The notes under the pieces: generated by a model
What the model was told of the DNA's origin: nothing
The model's database searches: none
What the model saw: only the letters and a program-made list of their open reading frames with translations
Program-made: the position numbers and the translations under genes
NCBI GenBank assembly: GCA_003345595.1
Contig: PRDI01000039.1
Coordinates: 1-64,000 of the forward strand
Direction of reading: 5' to 3'
Length of the DNA: 64,000 bases
Origin: Candidatus Thorarchaeota archaeon
Lineage (GTDB): Archaea; Asgardarchaeota; Thorarchaeia; Thorarchaeales; Thorarchaeaceae
Part shown: positions 46,283 to 56,265 of the stretch, piece after piece
Position numbering within the stretch: the stretch's first letter is position 1
Layout: the number at the start of each line of letters is the position of its first letter

Positions 46283-48256
46283 ATGAACCGGCGCAAAGCG
46301 TCCTCACTTGTGGTCGTTGCAGTCATGGTCCTAGCTGTGGGAATCATCTTGCTGCCTCCACTCGATACCCCATCAGAAGACGGCAATCAAGATGGAACGA
46401 CCTCGTTGTCTCCACATACGTTCAACAACCTGAACTGGTGGGACATAGCGTCCGAGCTCGGGACCAAGGGTACTCTACTAACGACGCTTCAGGTGATTGC
46501 TGGCTACGGCCCGCGATATGACGGAAGTCCCGGTTACTACCTCGCGGGCGGTTGGTTGATTGATCTCCTGTCATCGATGGGGATCACGACAACCTACTAT
46601 GGCAATCATGACTCTGTTTTGGGCTTTCAGCCAGGCTATGGCAACGACAGTCGGGCAATCGTGTTTGGTGCCCATCTCGATTCAGCCGCAGTATCGATTG
46701 GCATAGAGGAGAATCTGGGTGGATGCGCGGTTGTCGCTAGCATTGCCAGTATACTCTCCCGATTCAGACTTCCTATCGACGTCTACTACTGCTTCTTTGC
46801 AGGCAACATGGAGTTCCTCGATGACCAGCAGAGGAACCGGGCTATGTGGGGTTCTAGAGAGATCTCTGCTCACTTGGTCGAAGAAGGCGTTGACGTCATA
46901 GCCTTCTACAACTTCGATGAACTGCTCTTCAGGAACTTGGCCCAGAGTGAAACACAACGCCTTGTTGCGGAATATCGTACAACGGTTCTTTTTGGCTACC
47001 ACTCGACTGCATACTTGGCGGATCTTCTTGTCACCTTCATGAGACTGTCAGGACTTAACATAATGTCCACTGTCGAAGAGGTTGGCACCCAGACTGATCA
47101 CTGGTCCTTCTGGGACCGCTTGCTTCCAGCAGTCAATGTCAAGAGCGGCCACACTTCCGATCCGGATGATCCATTCTTTGATTCACTCAGTAATCCCCAC
47201 TTCAACACGACCCAAGGCTTCTTGGTCGCAAGAGCCGCTGCCTCTGTGGCAGTCTACCTCTCCATGCAGGGAAACGGTGAAAGGTCGACACAGAAGCTTC
47301 AGGGCACCATTGATCCGGGAGACCAGCTGACCCTCAGGGCCGTGATGACTGTTCCTCAGATGCTGTCAATGAGAGGTGTTTGCTCAGGAAACAGCATCCT
47401 CACTGTTCGGGTCTTCGGCAGGACCACCTCTCTGCTTGACTTATCAGCGATTCCCAATGGCAACTTCACTATCACGTGTGAGCTAGCTGCTGAGTTGGGT
47501 CCTGTTAATGTTCAGGTCGTCAACCAGGGGAATCTCTCTGCCAATGTCACGTTGTATCTCGATTACGACTCGGATACGGATGGCAATGGCGTGTTCGATT
47601 CGTTCCAGTACATCTGGCCCAGCCCAGAGCCGCCTCTTGACTGGGATGGCGATGGCCTGAGTGACGCCGAAGAAGCAGTTCGCGGCACTGACATATTCAA
47701 GCCCGACACTGACTCAGACATGATAGGTGACTCGGTTGAAGTCGAATACGGCTTAGACCCCCTGCGGAACGACGCAGACGAGGATCCCGATGCTGACGGT
47801 CTCACAAGCTTCCGTGAAATAGCCCTCGGCACACATCCACTCAACAGCGATACCGATTCTGACGGTATGCCCGACGGATGGGAAGTGGACTATGGCACCA
47901 ATCCGCTCGTCAATGATGCAGCATCTGATCCAGACAATGACACACTGACGAACATTGAGGAGTACAGGTGCAGGGCCGATCCTCTCTCAGCTGATGGAGA
48001 TGCGGACGGGGTGCCAGATTCGACCGAGGTGTCATTAGGAATGGATCCTATGAATCCGGACAGCGACTCAGATGGCTTGCGGGATCAAGTGGAGCTCCTC
48101 GAGGGAACGAATCCACTGGTCCCGGACTACGATGCTGATGTCCTGTGGGATGGTCCAGATCCCAATCCCCGGATTAATCTTCTTCTCGTGATTGGTCTAA
48201 TCATCATATTGCCTGTTGTGGTGGGTTCGTTCATCTTCTGGCGTCGTATTAGGTAG
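46283..48256 (+). CDS. Membrane-anchored M28 peptidase-like protein with Ca-binding DxDxDG (TSP3-like) repeats
   Basis: N-terminal TM, GAHLDS, TDHWSF; repeats D.DGDGL.D..E...GT.P; C-terminal TM plus RRIR; start re-called at ATG 46283. Confidence 0.82.
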   Translation: MNRRKASSLVVVAVMVLAVGIILLPPLDTPSEDGNQDGTTSLSPHTFNNLNWWDIASELGTKGTLLTTLQVIAGYGPRYDGSPGYYLAGGWLIDLLSSMGITTTYYGNHDSVLGFQPGYGNDSRAIVFGAHLDSAAVSIGIEENLGGCAVVASIASILSRFRLPIDVYYCFFAGNMEFLDDQQRNRAMWGSREISAHLVEEGVDVIAFYNFDELLFRNLAQSETQRLVAEYRTTVLFGYHSTAYLADLLVTFMRLSGLNIMSTVEEVGTQTDHWSFWDRLLPAVNVKSGHTSDPDDPFFDSLSNPHFNTTQGFLVARAAASVAVYLSMQGNGERSTQKLQGTIDPGDQLTLRAVMTVPQMLSMRGVCSGNSILTVRVFGRTTSLLDLSAIPNGNFTITCELAAELGPVNVQVVNQGNLSANVTLYLDYDSDTDGNGVFDSFQYIWPSPEPPLDWDGDGLSDAEEAVRGTDIFKPDTDSDMIGDSVEVEYGLDPLRNDADEDPDADGLTSFREIALGTHPLNSDTDSDGMPDGWEVDYGTNPLVNDAASDPDNDTLTNIEEYRCRADPLSADGDADGVPDSTEVSLGMDPMNPDSDSDGLRDQVELLEGTNPLVPDYDADVLWDGPDPNPRINLLLVIGLIIILPVVVGSFIFWRRIR

Positions 48257-48353
48257 GATGCGCACAGCTACACAGATAGGCGATGCTATCTTGATATCCT
48301 TCAGAAAGAGTAGATGCCACGGAGTGTCGGCCGCGGCATCTAGCTGGCTCTGA

Positions 48354-49787
48354 CTATGTCGGTGGAGCCTTTGGAATATGGCCCTGCTTGTAGAGGATGT
48401 CCGAGGCCGCGCGCGCAGTTCTGATGACATCTTCTGCGTGCTTGTACAGATCCTTCTCCTCCCAGTGTTTCCGGGCAATGCCTTGTTCTATTGCCTTCAT
48501 GCCGACAGCAGTGGCCTCTTTTGGATACAGTTCCCATTGTGACATCGTTGGAATGACGCGCCTCGGGGACGCTTCTTTAGCGCCGAGGTCCGCAAGAGCT
48601 TGGGCCGCCGCGATACACATCTCGTCAGTTATGGTTCGAGCCTGAACATCTAGTGTGCCCCTGAAGATACCTGGGAAGCCAAGAGAGTTGTTAATCTGAT
48701 TGTCGAAGTCGCTCCGTCCAGTGCCGACGATCTTCGCACCTGCGTCGAGCGCATCCCACGGCCATATCTCAGGGTAGGGGTTGGCGCAAGCGAAGACAAT
48801 GGAGTCCTTTGCCATCTTGGCGACCCACTCCTTCTTCACGCTACCTGGCACGGGCGTAGCCGCAGTGATCAGAATGTCGGCTCCCTTTATGACCTGCCCG
48901 AGGTCTCCCGTCATCCTCTCAGGATTTGTCTTCTGCGCTAGGTCATACTTGAATTTGTCCTCATCACGTTCCTTGACAATGTCCTCACGGTCTGCATAGA
49001 TTGCTCCCTTGGAGTCGACAAGGATTACGTTCTTTGGGCTGACTCCCGCGGAAAACATGAGATATGCAGTACGGGTGTTAGCAGAACCGACGCCGAGCAT
49101 AGCAACTCTGACGTTCCTGATGTCTTTCTTGACAACTCTGAGTCCGCCCATAACTCCGGCCAGCACGACTGTTGCAGTACCTTGGGCGTCATCATGCCAC
49201 ACAGGAATCTTCACCGTGGGGTCTTTCCGAAGGGTTTCGAGGACCTCGTAGCATTTAGGCTTCTCAATGTCCTCAAGGTTGATGCCTCCAAACGACGGTT
49301 GGATGAGCCTAACAGTCTCAATGATCTTTGCAGGGTCCTTGGAGTCTACACATATCGGCCAAGCATCTACTCCCCCCAGATACTTGAACAGAAGTGCTTT
49401 GCCTTCCATGACTGGGCCTGCCCCATATGGGCCTATGTCACCAAGGCCTAGGACTCTTGTGCCATCACTTACCACAGCGACCATGTTGCCTTTGTTGGTC
49501 ATCTCATATGCTAAGTCTTCGTTGTCCCTTATCGCTAGGCATGGCTTTGCTACACCAGGTGTATACCATATGGCGAAGTCGCTGAATTCGCGTACGGGAC
49601 ACTTGCCGATGCTCATGATCTTTCCCCTGTAAAATGGGTGGAGTATCATGGCGTCCTTACCCGGCTTCTCAGCCCTCTTTTTGAGATCCTCCACCGTGAG
49701 CTTCTCTTCGGCCTTCGGTGGTTCTGTTGTCTTCTCGGCCTTCTTCTCAGGCTCCTTCTTTGGAGCTGCAGGTTTCTTCTCAGGCAT
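48354..49787 (-). CDS. NAD(P)-dependent malic enzyme
   Basis: YTPGVA, VAVVSDGTRVLGLGDIG, PVMEGKALLFK, GGINLEDI, HDDAQGT, ACANP, NQINNSLGFPGIFRG. Confidence 0.96.
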   Translation of the reverse strand: MPEKKPAAPKKEPEKKAEKTTEPPKAEEKLTVEDLKKRAEKPGKDAMILHPFYRGKIMSIGKCPVREFSDFAIWYTPGVAKPCLAIRDNEDLAYEMTNKGNMVAVVSDGTRVLGLGDIGPYGAGPVMEGKALLFKYLGGVDAWPICVDSKDPAKIIETVRLIQPSFGGINLEDIEKPKCYEVLETLRKDPTVKIPVWHDDAQGTATVVLAGVMGGLRVVKKDIRNVRVAMLGVGSANTRTAYLMFSAGVSPKNVILVDSKGAIYADREDIVKERDEDKFKYDLAQKTNPERMTGDLGQVIKGADILITAATPVPGSVKKEWVAKMAKDSIVFACANPYPEIWPWDALDAGAKIVGTGRSDFDNQINNSLGFPGIFRGTLDVQARTITDEMCIAAAQALADLGAKEASPRRVIPTMSQWELYPKEATAVGMKAIEQGIARKHWEEKDLYKHAEDVIRTARAASDILYKQGHIPKAPPT

Positions 49788-49967
49788 AGTGATGAGCCCC
49801 TGTACTTGATCTATGACAGACCTATTTCTGCAGGTCTGACTGGGCGAGCTGGTCTGCAGCCTCGATTAAAACCTATGCCTAGACATCCGCAGGATTATTC
49901 TTCTCGTCAGTGCAGCACCTAGCCACTAATTGATAAGGAATCTCGACTGGCTTTCCACCGATGCGCT

Positions 49968-50699
49968 ATGGTCCCGTCTGCTGGTCATGAGTTTCACACG
50001 AAAAGCGGGTATGTACGAGGAAAGCTGCCCTCCCACAGTCTAGACTGGGCTACTAGGCCCGCAACGTTCAAGGAGTATCCTGGAAAAGAAAGTGTTCCTC
50101 TACCCGCGCCTGAGACTTCTGGAGGTCCGGGGATCTGGGAATCTCTGCGCAAGAGGCGAAGCGTCAGAGCCTATAGCCAGGTACCAGTGACCAAACAGGA
50201 GTTGTCGCAGCTACTTTGGGCAACGCAAGGGATTACTGCTCGACTCAGGGATGGACTGCGGACTGCTCCATCCGCCGGCGCCCTGTATCCGATTGAGACT
50301 TATGTCTGTGTTAACCGGGTCACAGACCTCGAGCAAGGCCTCTACCATTACGATGTCCGAGGCGGAAGGCTGGATGTTCTGAAGAGAGGCGATCTAACGA
50401 GAGCGGTTGCCGCCGCAGCATTGGATCAGGAAATGGCCGCACGTTCTGCAGTTGTTTTCATCTGGTCAGCCGTCTTTCCTAGGTCTGTTTGGAAGTATCT
50501 TGATCGTGCGTATAGATATGCATACATGGACGTGGGACATATCGCACAGAATCTGGCCCTTGCCGCGGAGGCCATTGGTCTTTCAACCTGCCAGATTGGC
50601 TCTTTCTATGACAACGAGGTGGATAGCCTTATCGAAGCGGATGGCGTCCAAGAGGCCGTCGTGTACCTGAGCAGCGTTGGGCGAGCGGCAAGGAAGTGA
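49968..50699 (+). CDS. SagB-type / nitroreductase family protein
   Basis: RRSVR, LSQLLWATQG, RTAPSAGALYP, KY..RAYRY..MDVGHIAQN. Confidence 0.92.
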   Translation: MVPSAGHEFHTKSGYVRGKLPSHSLDWATRPATFKEYPGKESVPLPAPETSGGPGIWESLRKRRSVRAYSQVPVTKQELSQLLWATQGITARLRDGLRTAPSAGALYPIETYVCVNRVTDLEQGLYHYDVRGGRLDVLKRGDLTRAVAAAALDQEMAARSAVVFIWSAVFPRSVWKYLDRAYRYAYMDVGHIAQNLALAAEAIGLSTCQIGSFYDNEVDSLIEADGVQEAVVYLSSVGRAARK

Positions 50700-50734
50700 A
50701 ACTGCCGCACACTTTGGCGGCAGCCCTAATCCCA

Positions 50735-51217
50735 CTACAGCTTCAAGCCCCAGAAATTGAGTATCTGATCGGCGTGTTCGCGCGTCTTCACTCTGTCGAG
50801 ACCTTCAGGACCGCCGAATATTCCTTCTATCTTGCCTTCAGCATCTATAAGGAAGGTCACGCGTTGAACACCCAATAGCTCCTTTCCAAGAATCTTCACG
50901 GGCCTGTACACCCCATAGAGCTTTGCGATTGCGTGGTCCTCGTCTATGAGCAGGGTGAAGTTGAGCCTGTGATTCTCCTTGAACCGCTGGTGAGACTCCC
51001 GAGAACCGCCTGAGACGCCATAGACGTCAATTCCCTTTTCTAGGAATGTGTTATAGCTATCCCTGATAGAACAAGCTTCCGCCGTGCACCCGGGTGTTTC
51101 ATCAGCAGGGTAGAAGTACACAACTACTCTCTTTCCTCTCTTTTCGCTGAGCTTGAACGACTCTCCAGTGTCTGTAGTTGTCTGGAAGTCTGGCGCATTA
51201 TCACCGATTGACAACAA
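50735..51217 (-). CDS. bcp: Peroxiredoxin Bcp/PrxQ (copy 2)
   Basis: YFYPADETPGCTAEAC, RVTFLID. Confidence 0.93.
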   Translation of the reverse strand: MLSIGDNAPDFQTTTDTGESFKLSEKRGKRVVVYFYPADETPGCTAEACSIRDSYNTFLEKGIDVYGVSGGSRESHQRFKENHRLNFTLLIDEDHAIAKLYGVYRPVKILGKELLGVQRVTFLIDAEGKIEGIFGGPEGLDRVKTREHADQILNFWGLKL

Positions 51218-51229
51218 TTTAATTACCTC

Positions 51230-51721
51230 CTACAGCTTCAAACCCCAGAACTTGATCACTTGCTGGGCATGCTCTTTCGTGTCAACCTTCTCGATCCCTT
51301 CAGGCCCGCCGAAGATCCCTTCAACTTTCCCCTGTTGGTTGATCAGAAAGGTAGTCCTCTCAATGCCCATGTAATCCTTGCCGTACAGCTTCTTGGGTAC
51401 ATACACGTCGTACAGCTTTGCAATCCTGTAGTCCTCATCCATCAGTAATGGAAATGGCAGGCTATACTTCGCCTTGAAATCCTGATGCGAGCCAACCGGC
51501 CCACCGGAAACACCATAGACTACCGCATTGTTGCTATTGAACGCCCTGTAGCTGTCTCGTATAGAGCATGCTTCCGCAGTACAGCCCGGTGTATCATCCT
51601 TCGGATAGAAATAGAGCATCACTCTCTTTCCTCTCAGAGCGCTCAGTCTGAACTTCTCCCCAGACTCTGTCGTCGTTTCGAAGTCTGGTGCAACCTCGCC
51701 AATCTTTACCATAACCTTCAC
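51230..51721 (-). CDS. bcp: Peroxiredoxin Bcp/PrxQ (copy 1)
   Basis: YFYPKDDTPGCTAEAC, ERTTFLI. Confidence 0.93.
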   Translation of the reverse strand: MKVMVKIGEVAPDFETTTESGEKFRLSALRGKRVMLYFYPKDDTPGCTAEACSIRDSYRAFNSNNAVVYGVSGGPVGSHQDFKAKYSLPFPLLMDEDYRIAKLYDVYVPKKLYGKDYMGIERTTFLINQQGKVEGIFGGPEGIEKVDTKEHAQQVIKFWGLKL

Positions 51722-51864
51722 CTCTCCAGTTTACTATTGTTAATAGCCTAATAAGCCTTGCCTTGTATCGCCAGTCCGGCTCTCTCTGCTGCAATTACGC
51801 CCGAAGTCTCATAGCACGCAACTCTTAAGGAGCCCCTGCCCCGGCATCATCGCCCGCGTAGGGA

Positions 51865-52878
51865 GTGATCAGAGTGTCAGGGTCTCCAGTTATGTTCAAG
51901 TCGATGAGGTTGGCGTGGACTCTCTTTGTTGCGGAGGCCCTCCTGCTAGCTGTCGGCGGCTATTGGGTTACTCTGATTCTCTCTAGTACTGACAGCTTTT
52001 TCGGGCTTGCCTGGTTCATTGTTGTCGCAATGTACGCGGCTGTGGTGGGATTCTGCATCGGATGGAAGACAAAGAAGTCGACTGTGATCTATGTAGCGCC
52101 CCAGTGGCAATTCGAGCCCCTTCAGCTCAAGGCAGACGAATGCCGTAAGCTGGTCAGGGAACACAACAGACAGTTCAGGCGCCTTGTCGCCGCGAGCAGC
52201 TTCTGGCACTTCTACATCCCGATACCTCTGATTCTAGCGAATATCTCACTACCATACGATGGCTCCTTCCTGTACCCAGCACTGTCACCATTCATTCCTC
52301 TGCTGTCGTCTCTCATTCTTCTTGGCGTTCATGCGACTACCACATATGGTGGCTTCAGTGCGACGTCAAACGCAGCTTCTCCGGACTTCACGTTGCCCCT
52401 GATACGAGAGGCTGTGTGGGTGGCAAGCGTGCAGTCGAAAATCCCCAACATCTCGAATGTCAGAGTGCTTATTGACAGAGCTCAGAGTGGGAATTTTGTT
52501 GTGTACAGGAATCCACGTGTGATCGCGCGCATCGCAGGACTGGAGAGTGACGCCTATATCGAGTCCTGGTCCGGTGAGCTGAGAGCAGTCAGCAGAGTGC
52601 TCTGCCGGCTGTCCGGGTATGCTTCTTCGGGTGTGACAACGTGGCTGTGGGACTCAAGAGACAGGAACTTCATCAAGTCCACTGCTCTCGACAAGGAAGG
52701 CTACTACGTCCGCAACCCTGTGCCGTCGCGAGTTCATGAGCTTGGCGTCAAGGATGTCCTGCTAATCACGCAAAACGCAGTCGCTTTGATTCTTATCGAA
52801 TACTCGGCAACACGGGGCGAGGATCCACGCATCAATGACATGCTAGAGGTTCTCGGCGTAAAGCACCGAAAGGGCTAA
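51865..52878 (+). CDS. 4-TM membrane protein, paralog A
   Basis: Two hydrophobic hairpins plus a soluble C-terminal domain; similar to the next two ORFs. Confidence 0.75.
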   Translation: MIRVSGSPVMFKSMRLAWTLFVAEALLLAVGGYWVTLILSSTDSFFGLAWFIVVAMYAAVVGFCIGWKTKKSTVIYVAPQWQFEPLQLKADECRKLVREHNRQFRRLVAASSFWHFYIPIPLILANISLPYDGSFLYPALSPFIPLLSSLILLGVHATTTYGGFSATSNAASPDFTLPLIREAVWVASVQSKIPNISNVRVLIDRAQSGNFVVYRNPRVIARIAGLESDAYIESWSGELRAVSRVLCRLSGYASSGVTTWLWDSRDRNFIKSTALDKEGYYVRNPVPSRVHELGVKDVLLITQNAVALILIEYSATRGEDPRINDMLEVLGVKHRKG

Positions 52879-52879
52879 T

Positions 52880-53956
52880 TTGACCGGGAGGCTCTCCCAT
52901 CTCATTGGAGACCTGTATGTGTCTGCTGATCCTATCGCCTATAGATCGCTTCTGCCATACTACGCGCTGATGTTCGTTGTGATTGTTATATGGATCATCA
53001 TAGGTGAGGAGCTCTCTCAGTTTGGACTCCTGGCTGCGACATCGGATTCGATGAGTTGGGTGAGAATGGCTGCGGCAGTCATGGGGACAATGTGTGCCCC
53101 TATCGCAGTACTATCGTGGAGAATGAAGCAACAGGTCTCAGTCACTTCGCTTGATTGGAAACTCCATGAGCGAGAGATAGAATACTCAGAGTTCGAAGTC
53201 CTCCTAAGTGACTACAACAAAGCGTACTCACATCTGATGAATCGCATCGATACTATGTCCGTGGCAATGACCGCAAGTGTTTTCGTCGCGGCAATCTTGC
53301 TGCCATTCATAATCGTGTTCTACATACCTGACATCATTGCGACTGCTCCGTATGTCTTTGGTTTTCTCCTGTTGCCGTTTGGGCTTATGGTTGGACGCAC
53401 AGTCTACTTGGCTGTTCCAAACGATGCTAGCATCGAGTTTCCGTCGGTTTCCTCGAAACTCATCCGGAGGGCAGTCGAGCTGCTGGAAGTAACCTACGGT
53501 CTTTCTTGGGCTGGTGTTCGATTGTCCATAGGCGAGACTGCGGGGTACTTCACTCTGCGCGACCCCAGAGCCGTAGGCAGGATCGAAGGTATCGAGAGTT
53601 CTGCATGGATTGGCGTCGAAGCGGATGAATCAGGACGCCCAATTGGCGCAGTGGCACGAGTTGCATTAGGCTCTCACGAGAGGGAATTCCATTCTCAGCT
53701 CCCCGCTAGCGGAGAGTTGGCTCGTCGCGACCTTGAAAACCTTGTCCGTACATGCTTCACAGAGTACGTCAGTGAACGGGGCAGTGATGAGATGTTAGAT
53801 GGCATAATGGAGGATTTGGGTATCCAGATGACTAAGGCTGTCGGTCCTGACCCGCAGAAGACAGATGGAGGCGATGCTCTTATCTCAGGCGACCAACGGA
53901 CACCAAGTGATGCAGAGGACGATGAGAATGAGCGAGGATCAAGTCATTCGGCATGA
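52880..53956 (+). CDS. 4-TM membrane protein, paralog B
   Basis: Same architecture as paralog A; acidic C-terminal tail. Confidence 0.75.
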   Translation: MTGRLSHLIGDLYVSADPIAYRSLLPYYALMFVVIVIWIIIGEELSQFGLLAATSDSMSWVRMAAAVMGTMCAPIAVLSWRMKQQVSVTSLDWKLHEREIEYSEFEVLLSDYNKAYSHLMNRIDTMSVAMTASVFVAAILLPFIIVFYIPDIIATAPYVFGFLLLPFGLMVGRTVYLAVPNDASIEFPSVSSKLIRRAVELLEVTYGLSWAGVRLSIGETAGYFTLRDPRAVGRIEGIESSAWIGVEADESGRPIGAVARVALGSHEREFHSQLPASGELARRDLENLVRTCFTEYVSERGSDEMLDGIMEDLGIQMTKAVGPDPQKTDGGDALISGDQRTPSDAEDDENERGSSHSA

Positions 53957-54896
53957 CCGGCAGCGCCCGGTTAACATAGCGTTTGTTGTCATAACGGCGA
54001 CCTTCATCGTTTCTGGTGCATATGTGGAGTATACTAGCCCTGGTAGCCTTGAAACCATACTGCTGGTCTACTCAGCGACTCCCCTATTCCTTCTTTTTGT
54101 TTCCGGGATAATGGGAGCGGGCTCAAAGCGAGCCATAGATTACATTCCCGGAGAGTGGGAACAACGCAGAGTCTGGGCAACGTTTGAACAGTATGATATC
54201 ATGCTCAAGGAACATGAAAGGGCATACGGTCATCTGTATGCCCATCCAGCTGGGACGATGGCTTGTTGTTGCATGATGCCTGTGGCGTTGGGTGTCGGGG
54301 GTCTTGCTCTGCTGTACAAGCTGAATCCGCATCCAGTGTTCAGTTCTTTCATTGACTCATTGATTCTCATCATCATTCTCTACGGGATAGTATCCGTACT
54401 TGGTTTCTTTGTCGGCTACCGAGTCCCGAAAATCGACGCTGTGGCTTTCTTCCAGCCCCCGCTGTCTGATGATGTCTACAGGTTCACTCGCGAACTGGCC
54501 GATGTCCCCGGCATTAAGGCTGGCGTGAACGTAGAGCTTGGGGAACGCGCAGGTATTCGCACAATCATTGGGGCGGAATGCAAAGCGTATGTTGAGGGTC
54601 TGCCTGACACGGTCGCAATCAAGGTCCAAGTTTCGCACTCCGGGTTCGCATATCCCTATCTGGTAGGCACAGTATACAAGGGCAAGACTGTGGAAGCCGA
54701 AAAAGAACAAGTCCGTCTGCGGACTAGGTATCCTGCATTGATTGAGTACTCCATGGACAAGGATGTCGCAGTGATGGTAGCCCGATTTGACATCCCAAAG
54801 CGTACCAGCGAAGTGCCTTCCATCTCTAGGCAGGATTTCAAGGCCTTGGCAGGAATCTTGGTTGCTAGGCTGAAGCAGGTTTACGAGCCCTCTTAG
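53928..54896 (+). CDS. 4-TM membrane protein, paralog C
   Basis: Same architecture; start re-called at ATG 53928 to limit overlap. Confidence 0.75.
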   Translation: MSEDQVIRHDRQRPVNIAFVVITATFIVSGAYVEYTSPGSLETILLVYSATPLFLLFVSGIMGAGSKRAIDYIPGEWEQRRVWATFEQYDIMLKEHERAYGHLYAHPAGTMACCCMMPVALGVGGLALLYKLNPHPVFSSFIDSLILIIILYGIVSVLGFFVGYRVPKIDAVAFFQPPLSDDVYRFTRELADVPGIKAGVNVELGERAGIRTIIGAECKAYVEGLPDTVAIKVQVSHSGFAYPYLVGTVYKGKTVEAEKEQVRLRTRYPALIEYSMDKDVAVMVARFDIPKRTSEVPSISRQDFKALAGILVARLKQVYEPS

Positions 54897-54957
54897 AGAA
54901 GGCATCATAGTTATGTTTAACTGGAATTCTCGGGTATCCTAACTTGTCAACTCATAC

Positions 54958-55278
54958 TTGAGGAGTGTGCAGATGGGACTGTCCCATTGGACGAACAAGT
55001 GGGTTCTAATGCTGATAGCAGGCATAGCGATTCAGGCCGTGGCCTATCCTTTGATATGGAACCTTCAGCTGTTCACGCACCAATTCTTTTCTGATGTGTT
55101 TGTCATATGCATTGGCGCGCTTGTGATTCAGTTCATAGGTTTCTCTGTCATCATGGCAAAGACGAAAAATCAGGACCCGAAGATCTACGCACAGGGTCGA
55201 CCGTTCAAACACAAGCTGCGTGAAGAGGACAAGGAAGAGGCTACTCGAAAGCCCACCTTTACGGGTACCACGAGTTGA
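54958..55278 (+). CDS. Small two-TM hypothetical protein
   Basis: Two hydrophobic segments and a charged tail. Confidence 0.6.
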   Translation: MRSVQMGLSHWTNKWVLMLIAGIAIQAVAYPLIWNLQLFTHQFFSDVFVICIGALVIQFIGFSVIMAKTKNQDPKIYAQGRPFKHKLREEDKEEATRKPTFTGTTS

Positions 55279-55339
55279 TGTCGAATAGCCCCAGCTTCTC
55301 CAGCCAGGCCGCTCGGGTTCACCACCATATCTTCGGTGG

Positions 55340-56140
55340 CTAATGGGGGGGTATGAAGCCCGGGAACCAGATATTCAGCAGCGGCATGTAAGGGTAGATG
55401 ACCATGGTGACGACTACAAGAATAGCGAATGTCAATGTGTGAACGGCTGTGACGTATGTGTAGTATGGCCTGATGTATGAGTAGAAGGCAAAGGCAGGGA
55501 TCGAAATAGCAGCCATTGCCATGACTTCAACTGGGTCGAAGAAGAACGGCATGGTCACTGGCCACAGGAGGTAGAAGAGGGCTGTTATCTTGGCGTTTGT
55601 TGTTTCATGATGCGCAATCTTATGAATTCCATCGACAGCCTGAGAGAGAAAGAAGACGGGGATGACAAGCCACCACTGGAATGCGACAAAGAACATGGCT
55701 CCAGCATAGAACAGCAGGTCTCCTACGCTTTCCACTCTCTCCCATAGTGGGTTTCGACTCAGGTACTCTGTGGCTTCAGTCATGAAATACCCTATCATTT
55801 GCATGAGGACAAGTAGCGGTAGGAGCGCAAACGAGATGACTATCATCAATACTGCTCCCTTGGGCAGTTCGGGGATTTTACCCTCATTGAAGTTGTCTAG
55901 AGGGTAGATACCATGCAACATGATGGCAGTGACTAGTGCCAGTAGTCCACTTGGAATGGTGAAAAAGGGTTGCAGAAGGAAGCCTATTGGTCCTAGGAAT
56001 GCGTAGACATTCCCCAGAAGAGAGTCAGGTTTCAGATACCAGACACCAAACACGACAAGGAGCTCGGGAATCAGCATCTTCATTCTGTAGTCCTGAATGA
56101 ACTTCATGACTAGTCCGGGCTGCTTGCTGGGCACCTGCAC
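55340..56140 (-). CDS. Polytopic membrane hypothetical protein
   Basis: Multiple hydrophobic helices across 266 aa. Confidence 0.7.
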   Translation of the reverse strand: MQVPSKQPGLVMKFIQDYRMKMLIPELLVVFGVWYLKPDSLLGNVYAFLGPIGFLLQPFFTIPSGLLALVTAIMLHGIYPLDNFNEGKIPELPKGAVLMIVISFALLPLLVLMQMIGYFMTEATEYLSRNPLWERVESVGDLLFYAGAMFFVAFQWWLVIPVFFLSQAVDGIHKIAHHETTNAKITALFYLLWPVTMPFFFDPVEVMAMAAISIPAFAFYSYIRPYYTYVTAVHTLTFAILVVVTMVIYPYMPLLNIWFPGFIPPH

Positions 56141-56265
56141 GGCCTCGACTCTCCTGTTTGAGGCGGAACCTGTGCTTACCTCTTAAGCCTATCTTGTTGT
56201 GCAGCCAGTTTCCGCGGTTCTATCGTTCCTACATCGTCAAAATCGAATCGAGAGTTCGACTACTT

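Noticed and set aside
50735-51721. Amber read-through fusing the two in-frame bcp genes
   Set aside because: In-frame spacing has a 1-in-3 chance, the second gene has its own GGAGGT SD, and both copies end at an equivalent TAG
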